From contig JAQWXR010000029.1 in the NCBI GenBank assembly GCA_029254375.1, forward strand, positions 13,827-77,826: a stretch of 64,000 bases of DNA, in the 5' to 3' direction. Positions within the stretch are counted from its first letter, which is position 1; each line of letters begins with the position of its first letter. The notes under the pieces were generated by a model, which searched no databases, had not been told where the DNA came from, and was given only the letters and a program-made list of their open reading frames with translations. Of this stretch, positions 28,115 through 40,857 are shown in pieces. Origin of the DNA: Schleiferiaceae bacterium. GTDB lineage: Bacteria; Bacteroidota; Bacteroidia; Flavobacteriales; Schleiferiaceae. The position numbers and the translations under genes are program-made.

Positions 28115-28152
28115 GAGAGCAAAGGTACGTTGGATTAGGAAGCTCTGAGAAC

Positions 28153-29048
28153 TCAAATACCGGACCGAAGTTCGGAAACATGCTGCGCCATTTTGGCATC
28201 TAATTCGGAAGACACTCCCCACAGAGGCAGACGCACATGAGGTCCACAAATTCCCAAATGGGCTAAGGCAGACTTTACTCCTGCTGGATTGCCCTCCGCA
28301 AAAAGGTCCTGAGTCAAGGTAAATAAAGCGAAATGTCCTTTCTGTGCTTCGGTCATTCGCGCAGCTCTAGCGTCTCGTACCATTTGGCTAAAAATGGCAG
28401 GAAATGCCTGACCGGAGACTGAAATGACTCCGGTGCAGCCACAGGCCAGCATGGGTAGTGTGAGGTTGTCATCTCCGGACAAAACTTGAAAACCTGCTGG
28501 AGCACCTTGAATAATAGCCATGATTTGCTCCATTTGACCACTCGCCTCTTTCACGGCGACGACATTTAAACACTCTTCTGCGATGCGCAAGGTGGTCATT
28601 GCCGTCACATTGGACGACGTTCGACCTGGCACATTATAGAGGATAATGGGAAGATGGGTTGCCGCAGAAATGGCCTTGTAATGTTGGAAAATACCTTCTT
28701 GACTCGGCTTGTTGTAGTAAGGCGAAACAGAGAGGATTCCATCAATGCCCTCGGGCACGTGGTGAAGTGCTTCGCAAACCAAACGCGTATCATTCCCTCC
28801 TACCCCGAGAACCACTGGGAGTTTACCGGCATTGAACTCCAAAATGCTCTGGACAACGGTCGCTTTCTCTTCCTTGCTCAGGGTTGCCGATTCCGCGGTA
28901 GTCCCTAAAGCGACCAGAAAATCTACACCACCAGCTAAGCAATGCGTAACCAAGGAGCGCAATCCATCGAGATCTAGCTGACCATCAGAGGTGAATGGCG
29001 TAACCAAAGCGACGCCCGTGCCTTGAAACGGGTTTTGTCGAACATGTG

Positions 29049-29052
<4 letters not shown>
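28153..29052 (-). CDS. dapA: 4-hydroxy-tetrahydrodipicolinate synthase
   Basis: GTGVALVTPF N-terminus, GTTAES, YNVPGRT and KEASG motifs. Confidence 0.93.
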
Positions 29053-32439
<3,387 letters not shown>

Positions 32440-32469
32440 CCAGTAAAGGTAGGGATGTACCTTCGCAGC

Positions 32470-33495
32470 ATGACACATTCCGAAGGTATTTTGCGCTGCT
32501 TGCAGTTGGCCCGGAAGGCGGGCGGTTATGTCCATCCCAATCCTTGGGTGGGAGCCATCATCGTTCACGAAGGGCGGATCATAGCGGAAGGATATCACCA
32601 TAAGGCCGGACAGGCGCATGCTGAAGTTGACGCTTTGAAGAAAGTGAGTGACCAGGATCAGTCTTTACTCTCTGAAGCCATAATGTATGTCAATCTGGAG
32701 CCCTGCGCGCACATCGGCAAGACTCCACCATGCGCCAATGCCATCGTAGACTCGGGGCTGACCAAAGTCGTCGTAGGCACATTAGACCCCAACCCCGTGG
32801 TGGCAGGCCAAGGGGTAGAAATTCTTCTCCAAGCAGGCATTGACGTGCACGTTGGAGTCGAAGAAACAGCCTGTCGATGGCTCAACCGTCGGTTTTTTCA
32901 TAGCATAGAAACGGGCCGTCCTTACATCCTCCTCAAATGGGCGGAAAGTCCAGATGGATTCTTGGATGGGGTACGTAGCATCGAGCATCCGGGACCTTTT
33001 AGAATTTCTAATGATGCAAGCCGCGCGCTCGTTCACTCGTGGAGAAGCTTGGAAGCCGGGATTCTAGTGGGATGGGGTACATACATGCAAGACGAACCTG
33101 AACTCAGCGTCCGCGACGCACGTGGCCCCCAGCCTCAACGAATCCTTTGGTCCTCGCGCGGCAGGTGGGATGTAGCGCCCGGCTGGTGGCTATGGCAAGC
33201 CAAGAACAGCCCGACGCCTTGGAAGGTGTTTGAACGTTTAGCTCGGGAATCCGGATTGCGGAGCATTTTGGTGGAAGGCGGTTCGGCGACCCTACAAGCC
33301 CTTATGGATGCCGGACTTTACGATGAAATTCGAGTTATTAAAGGGCAAAATCCTTTGGGTGACGGCCTGGTCGGCCCTATCATTCCGGCGGATGCCCTGC
33401 GTATACGGCCGGGCGATCGCCCGGCCGATGAATGCCCAGAAGCGATTGGCGACAACCCTATCAAACGCTACCTATCTCCTACCTTTAAGGGATGA
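32470..33495 (+). CDS. ribD: bifunctional riboflavin deaminase/reductase
   Basis: Deaminase motifs HAEVDAL and PCAHIGKTPPC, plus a C-terminal reductase domain. Start moved to MTHSEGILRCLQLA. Confidence 0.9.
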   Translation: MTHSEGILRCLQLARKAGGYVHPNPWVGAIIVHEGRIIAEGYHHKAGQAHAEVDALKKVSDQDQSLLSEAIMYVNLEPCAHIGKTPPCANAIVDSGLTKVVVGTLDPNPVVAGQGVEILLQAGIDVHVGVEETACRWLNRRFFHSIETGRPYILLKWAESPDGFLDGVRSIEHPGPFRISNDASRALVHSWRSLEAGILVGWGTYMQDEPELSVRDARGPQPQRILWSSRGRWDVAPGWWLWQAKNSPTPWKVFERLARESGLRSILVEGGSATLQALMDAGLYDEIRVIKGQNPLGDGLVGPIIPADALRIRPGDRPADECPEAIGDNPIKRYLSPTFKG

Positions 33496-35153
33496 TGCGA
33501 TTACTAGTCCTTTTAGCTTGTGCCTTTTCCCTGTCGAGTAGTGCGCAATCCCTGCCTCAGCGGCAGGTTTTTGGACGCTTTCCCTCGGCAGGGCTGGAAG
33601 CCAGCGACGCCTTGGACTGGCTCAATCAAAACGCCTCGCTACCTGAGCCAGCGTCTTGGTCGATATCATTTAGCCGAGAGAGTCCAGGTGGTTTACATCA
33701 CCATTTTCAAGCATATGTGCACGGCAAACCCCTGGATGGAGCAGAAGCCGTTGTTTTTTTGACATCCGATTATCATGTGCGCGGGGCCCAGTGGGCAGAG
33801 CTTTCTACCCTACCTGTCCCTTTGGACAAGCCCAGCGATGCAGCGGTTTGGCAGGACGGCCTATGGCATTGGGTACGTTGGGAAGAGCATCAGGGCTATG
33901 GACCCCGATTCTGGGAGCGTTTGGCCATTGATGCTGAGAACGGAGATGTTCTTCAGCAACGCGATATGCTTCTTCATTTTGCCGATAGTGTGGGGCGCGC
34001 GCTGGTGTTTCGACCCGATCCCTTGGTGAAAGCCAACGTGTTCTATGGCGGATCTTATATCGATGACAATGACCAAAATGTCGTCGTCCTAGATCCCTTG
34101 CGCGACACGGTTTCACTTGGCTTGACCTACGCTAATGGCCTCTTTACGTTGAGCAATTCGGCCATTGTGATCCAAGAATTTGACCCGCCCGCCTTACCCA
34201 TTTCATCGCAATCAAGCCCGGATTTCTTCTACTCTCGAGCAGATGCGGGCTTTGAAATGACCAATGCCTTGTATCATATCGAGCGCATTCGAAAACGCCT
34301 AGACAGCTTGGGCTTTGGCAATTTGATAACCTATGCCATTCCCGCGGATGTGAATGCTTTTAATGGGCAGGACAATTCAGCATTTGACCGTTCGACTAAT
34401 CCGCCACGTTTGTTCTTTGGTGAAGGAGGCGTCGACGATGCGGAAGATTCAGATGTTTTGGCGCACGAATATGGGCATGCCCTTTCGCATGCCGCAGCCC
34501 CTTTTACGGTAAATGGAACCGAGCGTGAGTGCCTCGAAGAAGCTCTATGCGACTACTTTGCTATGAGTCATTCGTTTCGTTGGGATAGTTGGAGATACCA
34601 GTACATTTTTAATTGGGACGGCCACAATCCCTTTTGGAGTGGTCGCATGGGATGGAGCACGAAGGACTATAGCCAGCTCACTTTTTCCAGTATTTATAGT
34701 CACACGGATGTATTTGCCGACCCTTTAGGCGTTACCATGGCGGATATCGGGGCAGATGCGATGGACCAAATCGTCCTAGAATCATTGTACAACTTTACAT
34801 CGTTCATGACCATGCCGCAAGCCGCCAATTGGATGTTGCTTGCCGACAGCGTTTTGAACGGTGGCCAAAACGCCTCGCTACTGCATTTGAATTTTGCCGC
34901 ACGGAACATTCTCAGCCCCCAGATTGGGATGGACGAAGCCACTGCAGTTCATTCCATCGAATCCTATGTCCTGCGTCCGGCGGATTTCTGGCCGTTCACG
35001 AACGTGGCAGGGGTGCTGTTTAATATTCAAGGCCAAAAAGTGGCGGAATGGGCTCCGAACGTGGTCCGCAGATCAGTTTCGCTTCCTACGGGCCGATACC
35101 AGGGTATTTGGAAGGACGGTCACCCCTTCCGCGTCCTTATCATCGAGGACTAG
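33492..35153 (+). CDS. secreted zinc metalloprotease (HExxH gluzincin) with probable T9SS C-terminal domain
   Basis: Signal peptide, HEYGHALSH followed by EEALCDYF, and a C-terminal beta-rich tail (LFNIQGQKV...LPTGRYQG...FRVLI). Confidence 0.65.
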   Translation: MMRLLVLLACAFSLSSSAQSLPQRQVFGRFPSAGLEASDALDWLNQNASLPEPASWSISFSRESPGGLHHHFQAYVHGKPLDGAEAVVFLTSDYHVRGAQWAELSTLPVPLDKPSDAAVWQDGLWHWVRWEEHQGYGPRFWERLAIDAENGDVLQQRDMLLHFADSVGRALVFRPDPLVKANVFYGGSYIDDNDQNVVVLDPLRDTVSLGLTYANGLFTLSNSAIVIQEFDPPALPISSQSSPDFFYSRADAGFEMTNALYHIERIRKRLDSLGFGNLITYAIPADVNAFNGQDNSAFDRSTNPPRLFFGEGGVDDAEDSDVLAHEYGHALSHAAAPFTVNGTERECLEEALCDYFAMSHSFRWDSWRYQYIFNWDGHNPFWSGRMGWSTKDYSQLTFSSIYSHTDVFADPLGVTMADIGADAMDQIVLESLYNFTSFMTMPQAANWMLLADSVLNGGQNASLLHLNFAARNILSPQIGMDEATAVHSIESYVLRPADFWPFTNVAGVLFNIQGQKVAEWAPNVVRRSVSLPTGRYQGIWKDGHPFRVLIIED

Positions 35154-35156
35154 CTT

Positions 35157-35564
35157 TTAGAAGTATGGTTTTAAGACTTCTTGAACAGAAATAGGAGCCG
35201 GGCATGGTCGACCGGATTCGGTGGAAGCAAAGACAAGGATAGCACTCCCGGTAGTGGTAACATCGCCCGATTCATTTAAAATTCTAAATTCAAAAGGCAA
35301 ACGTGTTCCACTTGGGAATGCCGTTATAGTGGTTTCAATAGTGATTTCTTCATCATATTTCACGGGCTTTTTATAGTCGATATGGAGCTGGGCCACCGGG
35401 AGCATAACACCCTGTTCTTCAAGATCACGATAACGAATACCCAAACTCCTCAATGCCTCCACCCGACCGATTTCAAAGAAGGTGGGATAGTTTCCATAAT
35501 AGCAATAGCCCATCTGATCTGTTTCGGCGTAACGGATTCGAGTTTTACATGTTGAAACAAGCAT
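35157..35564 (-). CDS. acyl-CoA thioesterase (4HBT/YbgC-like hotdog)
   Basis: RIRYAETDQMGYCYYGNY N-terminal motif, 135 aa. Confidence 0.82.
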   Translation of the reverse strand: MLVSTCKTRIRYAETDQMGYCYYGNYPTFFEIGRVEALRSLGIRYRDLEEQGVMLPVAQLHIDYKKPVKYDEEITIETTITAFPSGTRLPFEFRILNESGDVTTTGSAILVFASTESGRPCPAPISVQEVLKPYF

Positions 35565-35803
35565 ATATTTTTAAGTTAGTGTATTTAATATCAAATACAT
35601 AGCATTTATTTCACTGACTTTCTGAATGGTCCTTGACATCGGGTTATGAACAAAAAATACTTTAAAATCAATAGCCAAGCAATTTTTTTTCAACGGATTT
35701 AATTGACACTTTCGTGAACCCTAAGAGCGTGTCACCGTCAAGCTGATTTCAGTTTGTTTATGTGTTCGGACGGGACCCTAAACTTAAACGATTAAAACGA
35801 ACG
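35565..35803. promoter_or_regulatory. AT-rich dnaA upstream region (dnaA promoter; possible origin-proximal region)
   Basis: At 239 bp this is the longest non-coding gap in the window. It is visibly AT-rich with T8 and A-runs. Only a degenerate DnaA-box-like 9-mer (TTATGAACA) was seen. Confidence 0.35.
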
Positions 35804-37240
35804 ATGGAGCGAACTGCTGAAGCCGTCTGGCGAAACTGTCTTAGCTATGTTCAGGACAACATAAGTCCTCAGGCATTTAAGACTTGGTTTCTCCCTATTC
35901 GGCCTGTTAAGCTCCTAGGCAAGGTGATTACTTTGCAGGTACCAAGTAAGTTCGTTTATGAGTGGCTCGAAGCCCACTACATTAAATTACTCAAGTCTGC
36001 GATTACCAAAGAACTCGGACCAGATGCACGTTTGGTTTACTCCATTGTCATGGACCAAGACACTGCGCATTTGGACGTCAACAAGGTAGACATTCCTAGC
36101 TCAAACAGAGGGCCCATAGAGAACCCGCAAGTTTCCCTTCCAGCTCGCATTGGCGGTGACGATGGGATTCGGAATCCCTTTGTAATTCCAGGACTGAAGA
36201 AAGTTAATATTGAAAGTCAACTCAATCCAAATTACACCTTTGAGAACTTTATTGAAGGAGATTGCAACCGTCTCGCTCGCTCTGCGGGCTATGCGGTAGC
36301 TCAAAAACCTGGAGGGACCTCCTTCAACCCACTGCTCATCTATGGTGGCGTTGGATTAGGCAAGACCCATTTGGCTCATTCCATTGGTATTGAAATCAAG
36401 GACCGTTTCCCGGAGAAAACGGTACTCTATGTCTCAGCAGAGCGTTTTACTCAGCAGTTCATTGATGCTATTCGCAACAACACGAAGAATGATTTTGTAC
36501 ACTTCTACCAGTTGATCGATGTGCTCATCATGGATGATGTGCAATCCTTCAGCGGGAAAGAAAAGACCCAGGATGTTTTCTTCGAAATTTTCAATCACCT
36601 TCATCAGCAGGGAAAGCAGGTCATACTCACCTCAGATCGAGCTCCGGTAGACCTTCAAGGTATGGAGCAGCGTTTGCTCTCTAGGTTCAAATGGGGCCTT
36701 TCTGCAGACCTACAGCGCCCAGATCTAGAGACACGCATTGCCATTCTTCGCCAAAAGCTTTACGCAGATGGCATTGAGATGCCCAATGATGTGGTGGAAT
36801 ATCTCGCCTACAGCATCACGAGCAATGTGCGTGAACTAGAAGGTGCCTTGATTTCATTGCTTGCCCAATCTTCACTCAATCGAAAGAAGATTACAGTTGA
36901 ATTGGCGAAGCAAATGATTGACAAGTTTGTCAAGAACACAACGCGCGAAGTCAGTGTCGACTTTATTCAGAAAGTGGTCTGTGACTATTTTGATATGCCT
37001 ATGGAATTGCTCAAGAGCAAAACCCGCAAGCGTGAGATTGTTCAGGCGCGTCAATTGACTATGTATTTCTCCAAGCAGTTGACCAAAAACAGCCTCGCGG
37101 CCATTGGTGCGCAATGTGGAAATAAAGACCACGCCACAGTCCTCCACGCATGTCGCACCGTGAGCAACTTGGCAGAAACGGATAAACGCTTCCGCACCTA
37201 TGTGGATGACATCAAAAAGAAGCTGAACTTGGTGGGATGA
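35804..37240 (+). CDS. dnaA: chromosomal replication initiator protein DnaA
   Basis: AAA+ Walker A GGVGLGKTHL, box VII, and a C-terminal DNA-binding domain (KDHATVLHA). The ATG at 35804 is preferred over the GTG at 35762. Confidence 0.95.
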   Translation: MERTAEAVWRNCLSYVQDNISPQAFKTWFLPIRPVKLLGKVITLQVPSKFVYEWLEAHYIKLLKSAITKELGPDARLVYSIVMDQDTAHLDVNKVDIPSSNRGPIENPQVSLPARIGGDDGIRNPFVIPGLKKVNIESQLNPNYTFENFIEGDCNRLARSAGYAVAQKPGGTSFNPLLIYGGVGLGKTHLAHSIGIEIKDRFPEKTVLYVSAERFTQQFIDAIRNNTKNDFVHFYQLIDVLIMDDVQSFSGKEKTQDVFFEIFNHLHQQGKQVILTSDRAPVDLQGMEQRLLSRFKWGLSADLQRPDLETRIAILRQKLYADGIEMPNDVVEYLAYSITSNVRELEGALISLLAQSSLNRKKITVELAKQMIDKFVKNTTREVSVDFIQKVVCDYFDMPMELLKSKTRKREIVQARQLTMYFSKQLTKNSLAAIGAQCGNKDHATVLHACRTVSNLAETDKRFRTYVDDIKKKLNLVG

Positions 37241-37716
37241 GCCCCCAATCCATCCTATTTGTTTGTTTAGGGAATATTTGCCGCTCACCTGTGGCTGAAG
37301 GTGTCTTTCGACAAGCTCTCACGCAACGAATTAGTGCGGAAAAAGCGCGACTTTGGACCATTGATTCCGCCGGCACATCCGATTATCATGCAGGTGAAGC
37401 CCCCGACCCAAGATCCCAAGACTCCGCCCTGCGTCATGGCATTGACATCTCTCAACAGCAATCCAGACCTTTCGAACGTATTGATTTTGAAAAATTTGAC
37501 CACATAATGGTCATGGACAGTTCGAACCATGTGAATGTTTCTCGACTCACGGATGTCCCGAGCCACAAGCAGAAGATTCATCTTATGTTGGATGCTTCTT
37601 TTCCAGGTGAAAATCGCCCGGTCCCTGACCCTTATTATGGAGGGGAGCATGGCTTTGAAAACGTTTATCAACTTTTGGCGGAAGCCTCCGAAAAATGGTT
37701 AGACCAATGGACCTAG
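37237..37716 (+). CDS. low-molecular-weight protein-tyrosine phosphatase
   Basis: CLGNICRSP active-site loop and a DPYY motif. ATGA overlap with dnaA. Confidence 0.9.
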   Translation: MSPQSILFVCLGNICRSPVAEGVFRQALTQRISAEKARLWTIDSAGTSDYHAGEAPDPRSQDSALRHGIDISQQQSRPFERIDFEKFDHIMVMDSSNHVNVSRLTDVPSHKQKIHLMLDASFPGENRPVPDPYYGGEHGFENVYQLLAEASEKWLDQWT

Positions 37717-38432
37717 GCGTATTACACTTGCTTCCTGTCCCCTTGGCAGAGGGCCCTGCAACGGCGGTCTTCCCGCCGGATGTCATGGAAAAGGCATCCC
37801 ACTTAAGGCATTGGATTGTTGAAACCCCAAAGGCCGCACGCGCACATTTGAAAGTCTTAGCTCCCCATGTCCCCATATCTGAGCATCACTTGCGGCCTTT
37901 GGACAAGCACAAACCTGAGCGCAATGTGGCTGATTTCCTAAAACCATGTTTGGAAGGCCATGACATGGGCTTAATCTCTGATGCCGGTGTCCCCGGTGTT
38001 GCTGACCCTGGTAGCAAAGTGATTGAGGCTGCGCACGCCATGGGAATACGCGTACTCCCCTGGGTTGGACCATCTTCCATTCTGTTGGGATTGATGGCTT
38101 CTGGATTCAATGGCCAGCAGTTTCAATTTGTCGGTTACCTCCCGCATGACCAAAGCGAGCGAAAGAAGCAGTGGTCCGCGATGGAGAGATCGGTACGACA
38201 AGGGCAAACCCAGATCTTCATTGAGACTCCTTATCGCAATCAAAAAGTGCTTGAAGAGGCTCTACAAAGCCTTGGACCCGATTTACATTTTTGCATCGCC
38301 TGCGACCTTAGCGGCCCTGAAGAGTATGTCCGCAGTCGAAGCGTTCAGGATTGGAAAAAAGATCGCAACCGACCCAATATTCACAAGCGGCCCGCTATTT
38401 TCCTGATTGGGCGCTCAAATAGAATTCTCTAA
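37695..38432 (+). CDS. SAM-dependent methyltransferase, tetrapyrrole-methylase (RsmI-like) fold
   Basis: SDAGVPGVADPG and GPSSILLGLMASG motifs. The start may be the ATG at 37707. Confidence 0.75.
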   Translation: MVRPMDLGVLHLLPVPLAEGPATAVFPPDVMEKASHLRHWIVETPKAARAHLKVLAPHVPISEHHLRPLDKHKPERNVADFLKPCLEGHDMGLISDAGVPGVADPGSKVIEAAHAMGIRVLPWVGPSSILLGLMASGFNGQQFQFVGYLPHDQSERKKQWSAMERSVRQGQTQIFIETPYRNQKVLEEALQSLGPDLHFCIACDLSGPEEYVRSRSVQDWKKDRNRPNIHKRPAIFLIGRSNRIL

Positions 38433-39336
38433 GTACATCCAACACCTCAAATGGGCGCTCCATATGTGGACTATGCCCTGATTTTCTAATGATTTCTAGT
38501 CTTGCATTTGGATAGTCTTGAAGCAATTCGCGGCCATTCTTGACAGGGAAAATCGCATCGCTCTCCCCCCAAATGAGCAACGTAGGCCCTGAATACCCGT
38601 TCATCTCCGTTTTTAACTCGTTCGCATCGCGCTCAATTGCGCGAAGGAGTCCCTCTCGTTGGGAAGCGTTTTCGGTATATATGTTATCCACCGCTCGCTG
38701 CTTGACAAATTCAGGAACATACAGCGGGTCCTTGATAGAAATCTGCTGCATGAGGTCAAAGCCTTCCACATCTTTTGGGAGCAGTACTTCTTCAATGGGT
38801 CTTCCCAGCGCACGCTCCAGGCTGTCCAAAGTCTCTAAGGCATAGTATCGATTTAGTGGATCTATCAGGACCAAGTTTTCGATTTCTTCGGGGTGTTTTC
38901 CCGCCAAATATGCTGCAACCATGCCTCCATAAGAATGCGCTATGAGGCCATAGCGATGAACCCCAAGGCTATCTAAGGCCTGCCAAATGGCTTCACTTTG
39001 CTGTTCAATGGTGATCAAACTATCGTCCGAGCTGCTTTCTCCAAATGCCAATAAATCCACGATATACATGCTTTTTTGATCTCCGAAGCCCCAAACCATC
39101 GGTTGCCATTGGACTCGAGGATACGGCCCGAACCCATGGATAAAGACCAAAGTATCTTTTCCTTGACCTGTATGCAATAGACCTAAAGTGTCATTCCCAG
39201 CCACCGGAATTCGATAGGACTGGCTTGACATGGCACGATAGAACCAACGCGACTCCCCATCAATTGCTTTCTCCACGGTACAGGCAGAAAGCGCCAAGAG
39301 GCTAAAAAATGTGAAGCATAGCGTTTTCCTGTCCAT
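38395..39336 (-). CDS. alpha/beta hydrolase lipoprotein
   Basis: Lipobox LLALSAC, nucleophile elbow AHSYGG and a C-terminal GHSPH motif. Confidence 0.82.
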   Translation of the reverse strand: MDRKTLCFTFFSLLALSACTVEKAIDGESRWFYRAMSSQSYRIPVAGNDTLGLLHTGQGKDTLVFIHGFGPYPRVQWQPMVWGFGDQKSMYIVDLLAFGESSSDDSLITIEQQSEAIWQALDSLGVHRYGLIAHSYGGMVAAYLAGKHPEEIENLVLIDPLNRYYALETLDSLERALGRPIEEVLLPKDVEGFDLMQQISIKDPLYVPEFVKQRAVDNIYTENASQREGLLRAIERDANELKTEMNGYSGPTLLIWGESDAIFPVKNGRELLQDYPNARLEIIRKSGHSPHMERPFEVLDVLREFYLSAQSGK

Positions 39337-39357
39337 GGTCTCCGGGAGGCAAAAGCC

Positions 39358-40719
39358 GTGCCGTACCTTCGGTGCGTGAAAACAATTGTGGCTTTATCCA
39401 CCCCATCGGGAAGCGGTGCTTTGGGCATTCTTCGAATCTCCGGATCGGATGCATTACAGCTCGTTCAACACTTTCTGCCCGCTCTAACAAAGTGGAAGTC
39501 CAGACATGCCCATTTTCAATCATTTATGATTAATGGAGAAGTCTTGGATGAAGTTATTGCTTTGTGGTTCCCTGCTCCCCATTCGTACACAGGTGAAGAA
39601 GTCATTGAACTCAGTTTTCACGGGTCTTCTTATATCCTAGACACTGCACTCGACTGCCTTATACAAGGCGGCGCAGAGCTTGCCAAACCTGGCGAATTCA
39701 CCCAACGCGCCTTTTTTAATGGCAAATTGGATTTATCTCAAGCTGAAGCTGTCGGGGATCTAATCGCTTCGGAATCGGCTTCTTCCCACCATTTGGCCTT
39801 GCGACAGATGCGCGGCAGTATCTCAAAACACCTGCAGCACCTGCGTCAGCAATTGATTGACTTTGCCGCCCTGATCGAACTCGAACTTGACTTTGTAGAA
39901 GAAGACGTTGAATTTGCACAACGTCCGGAATTAATGAAGCTTTTGACAGACCTCGAAGTGGAAATTGAGCGTATGCTGAAAACTTTTCGACTCGGCCGGG
40001 CCATTAAAGAAGGAATTCCTCTCGTTTTGGCCGGAGCGCCCAATGCGGGTAAGTCTAGCTTGCTCAATCGATTTCTGCAGGAAGACAGAGCCATTGTCAC
40101 CGAAATCCCCGGCACCACACGTGACACCATAGAAGAGAAATTTAAACTGGGTGAGCATTTATTTCGATTGATTGACACCGCTGGACTGCATGAAAGTGCC
40201 GACCGAGTAGAGCAGTTAGGCATTCAGAAAACCTGGGAAAAGGTTGCCGAAGCACAGATCATCTTGTATTTGATTGATCCTATGGTTAGCGATGCTGAAA
40301 GTGCCCAAACACTCAGGCAGGCCATCGAGAATCATGCGCCAAATGCACAAATCATTACGCTCCTGAGTAAATCCGATCTTTGGGCAAGCGATTTTACCGC
40401 GCTTTGGCCTAAGAGCGTAAAAGTGGGCCTTCATGTGGACTTGACGGATTTAGAAAGTAAGTTAAACGAGGCCATGGAGGAAGCGGGCTGGACAGATAGC
40501 CAAGAAGTACTTATTGCCAACATCCGTCATGCCGATGCCCTGCGTAAAGCACTTCAGTCACTTCAACGTGCCCACGACGGATTGTCCGGCGGACTCAGCG
40601 GGGAACTGGTCGCGTACGACCTACGTGAAGCGCTTCAACACTTGGGGAGCATTACCGGAGAGGTTGTAGCAGATGACCTGCTTTCGAGTGTCTTCAGTCG
40701 ATTCTGTATCGGGAAGTAA
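39358..40719 (+). CDS. mnmE: tRNA modification GTPase MnmE (start GTG 39358 or 39376)
   Basis: TIVALSTPSGSGALGILRISG N-terminus, G domain GAPNAGKSS / DTAG, and a C-terminal FCIGK. Confidence 0.93.
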   Translation: MPYLRCVKTIVALSTPSGSGALGILRISGSDALQLVQHFLPALTKWKSRHAHFQSFMINGEVLDEVIALWFPAPHSYTGEEVIELSFHGSSYILDTALDCLIQGGAELAKPGEFTQRAFFNGKLDLSQAEAVGDLIASESASSHHLALRQMRGSISKHLQHLRQQLIDFAALIELELDFVEEDVEFAQRPELMKLLTDLEVEIERMLKTFRLGRAIKEGIPLVLAGAPNAGKSSLLNRFLQEDRAIVTEIPGTTRDTIEEKFKLGEHLFRLIDTAGLHESADRVEQLGIQKTWEKVAEAQIILYLIDPMVSDAESAQTLRQAIENHAPNAQIITLLSKSDLWASDFTALWPKSVKVGLHVDLTDLESKLNEAMEEAGWTDSQEVLIANIRHADALRKALQSLQRAHDGLSGGLSGELVAYDLREALQHLGSITGEVVADDLLSSVFSRFCIGK

Positions 40720-40857
40720 ACCCCTCTGCGCATCGATAACTGTCTGCCGTCAACATACGTTGGACGTGACGCAAATCACTTCCTAACATTAGCACTTGTG
40801 TGAAGGCCTTATCGTGACGGGCAAGAATTGTTTCGGTAAGTATTTGTATTTTTCCAT

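Noticed and set aside
27587-28138. A 183-aa plus-strand ORF antisense to bamD. Similar antisense ORFs occur at 46541-47020, 55528-56085, 56752-57216, 59706-60161 and 63123-63698.
   Set aside because: All are embedded in strongly supported genes on the other strand and have no motifs and biased composition. They are shadow ORFs.
35650-35670. A DnaA-box-like 9-mer, TTATGAACA, upstream of dnaA.
   Set aside because: It has two mismatches to TTATCCACA in the core and is a single copy. There is no cluster of boxes and no obvious AT-rich 13-mer array, which is insufficient to call oriC.
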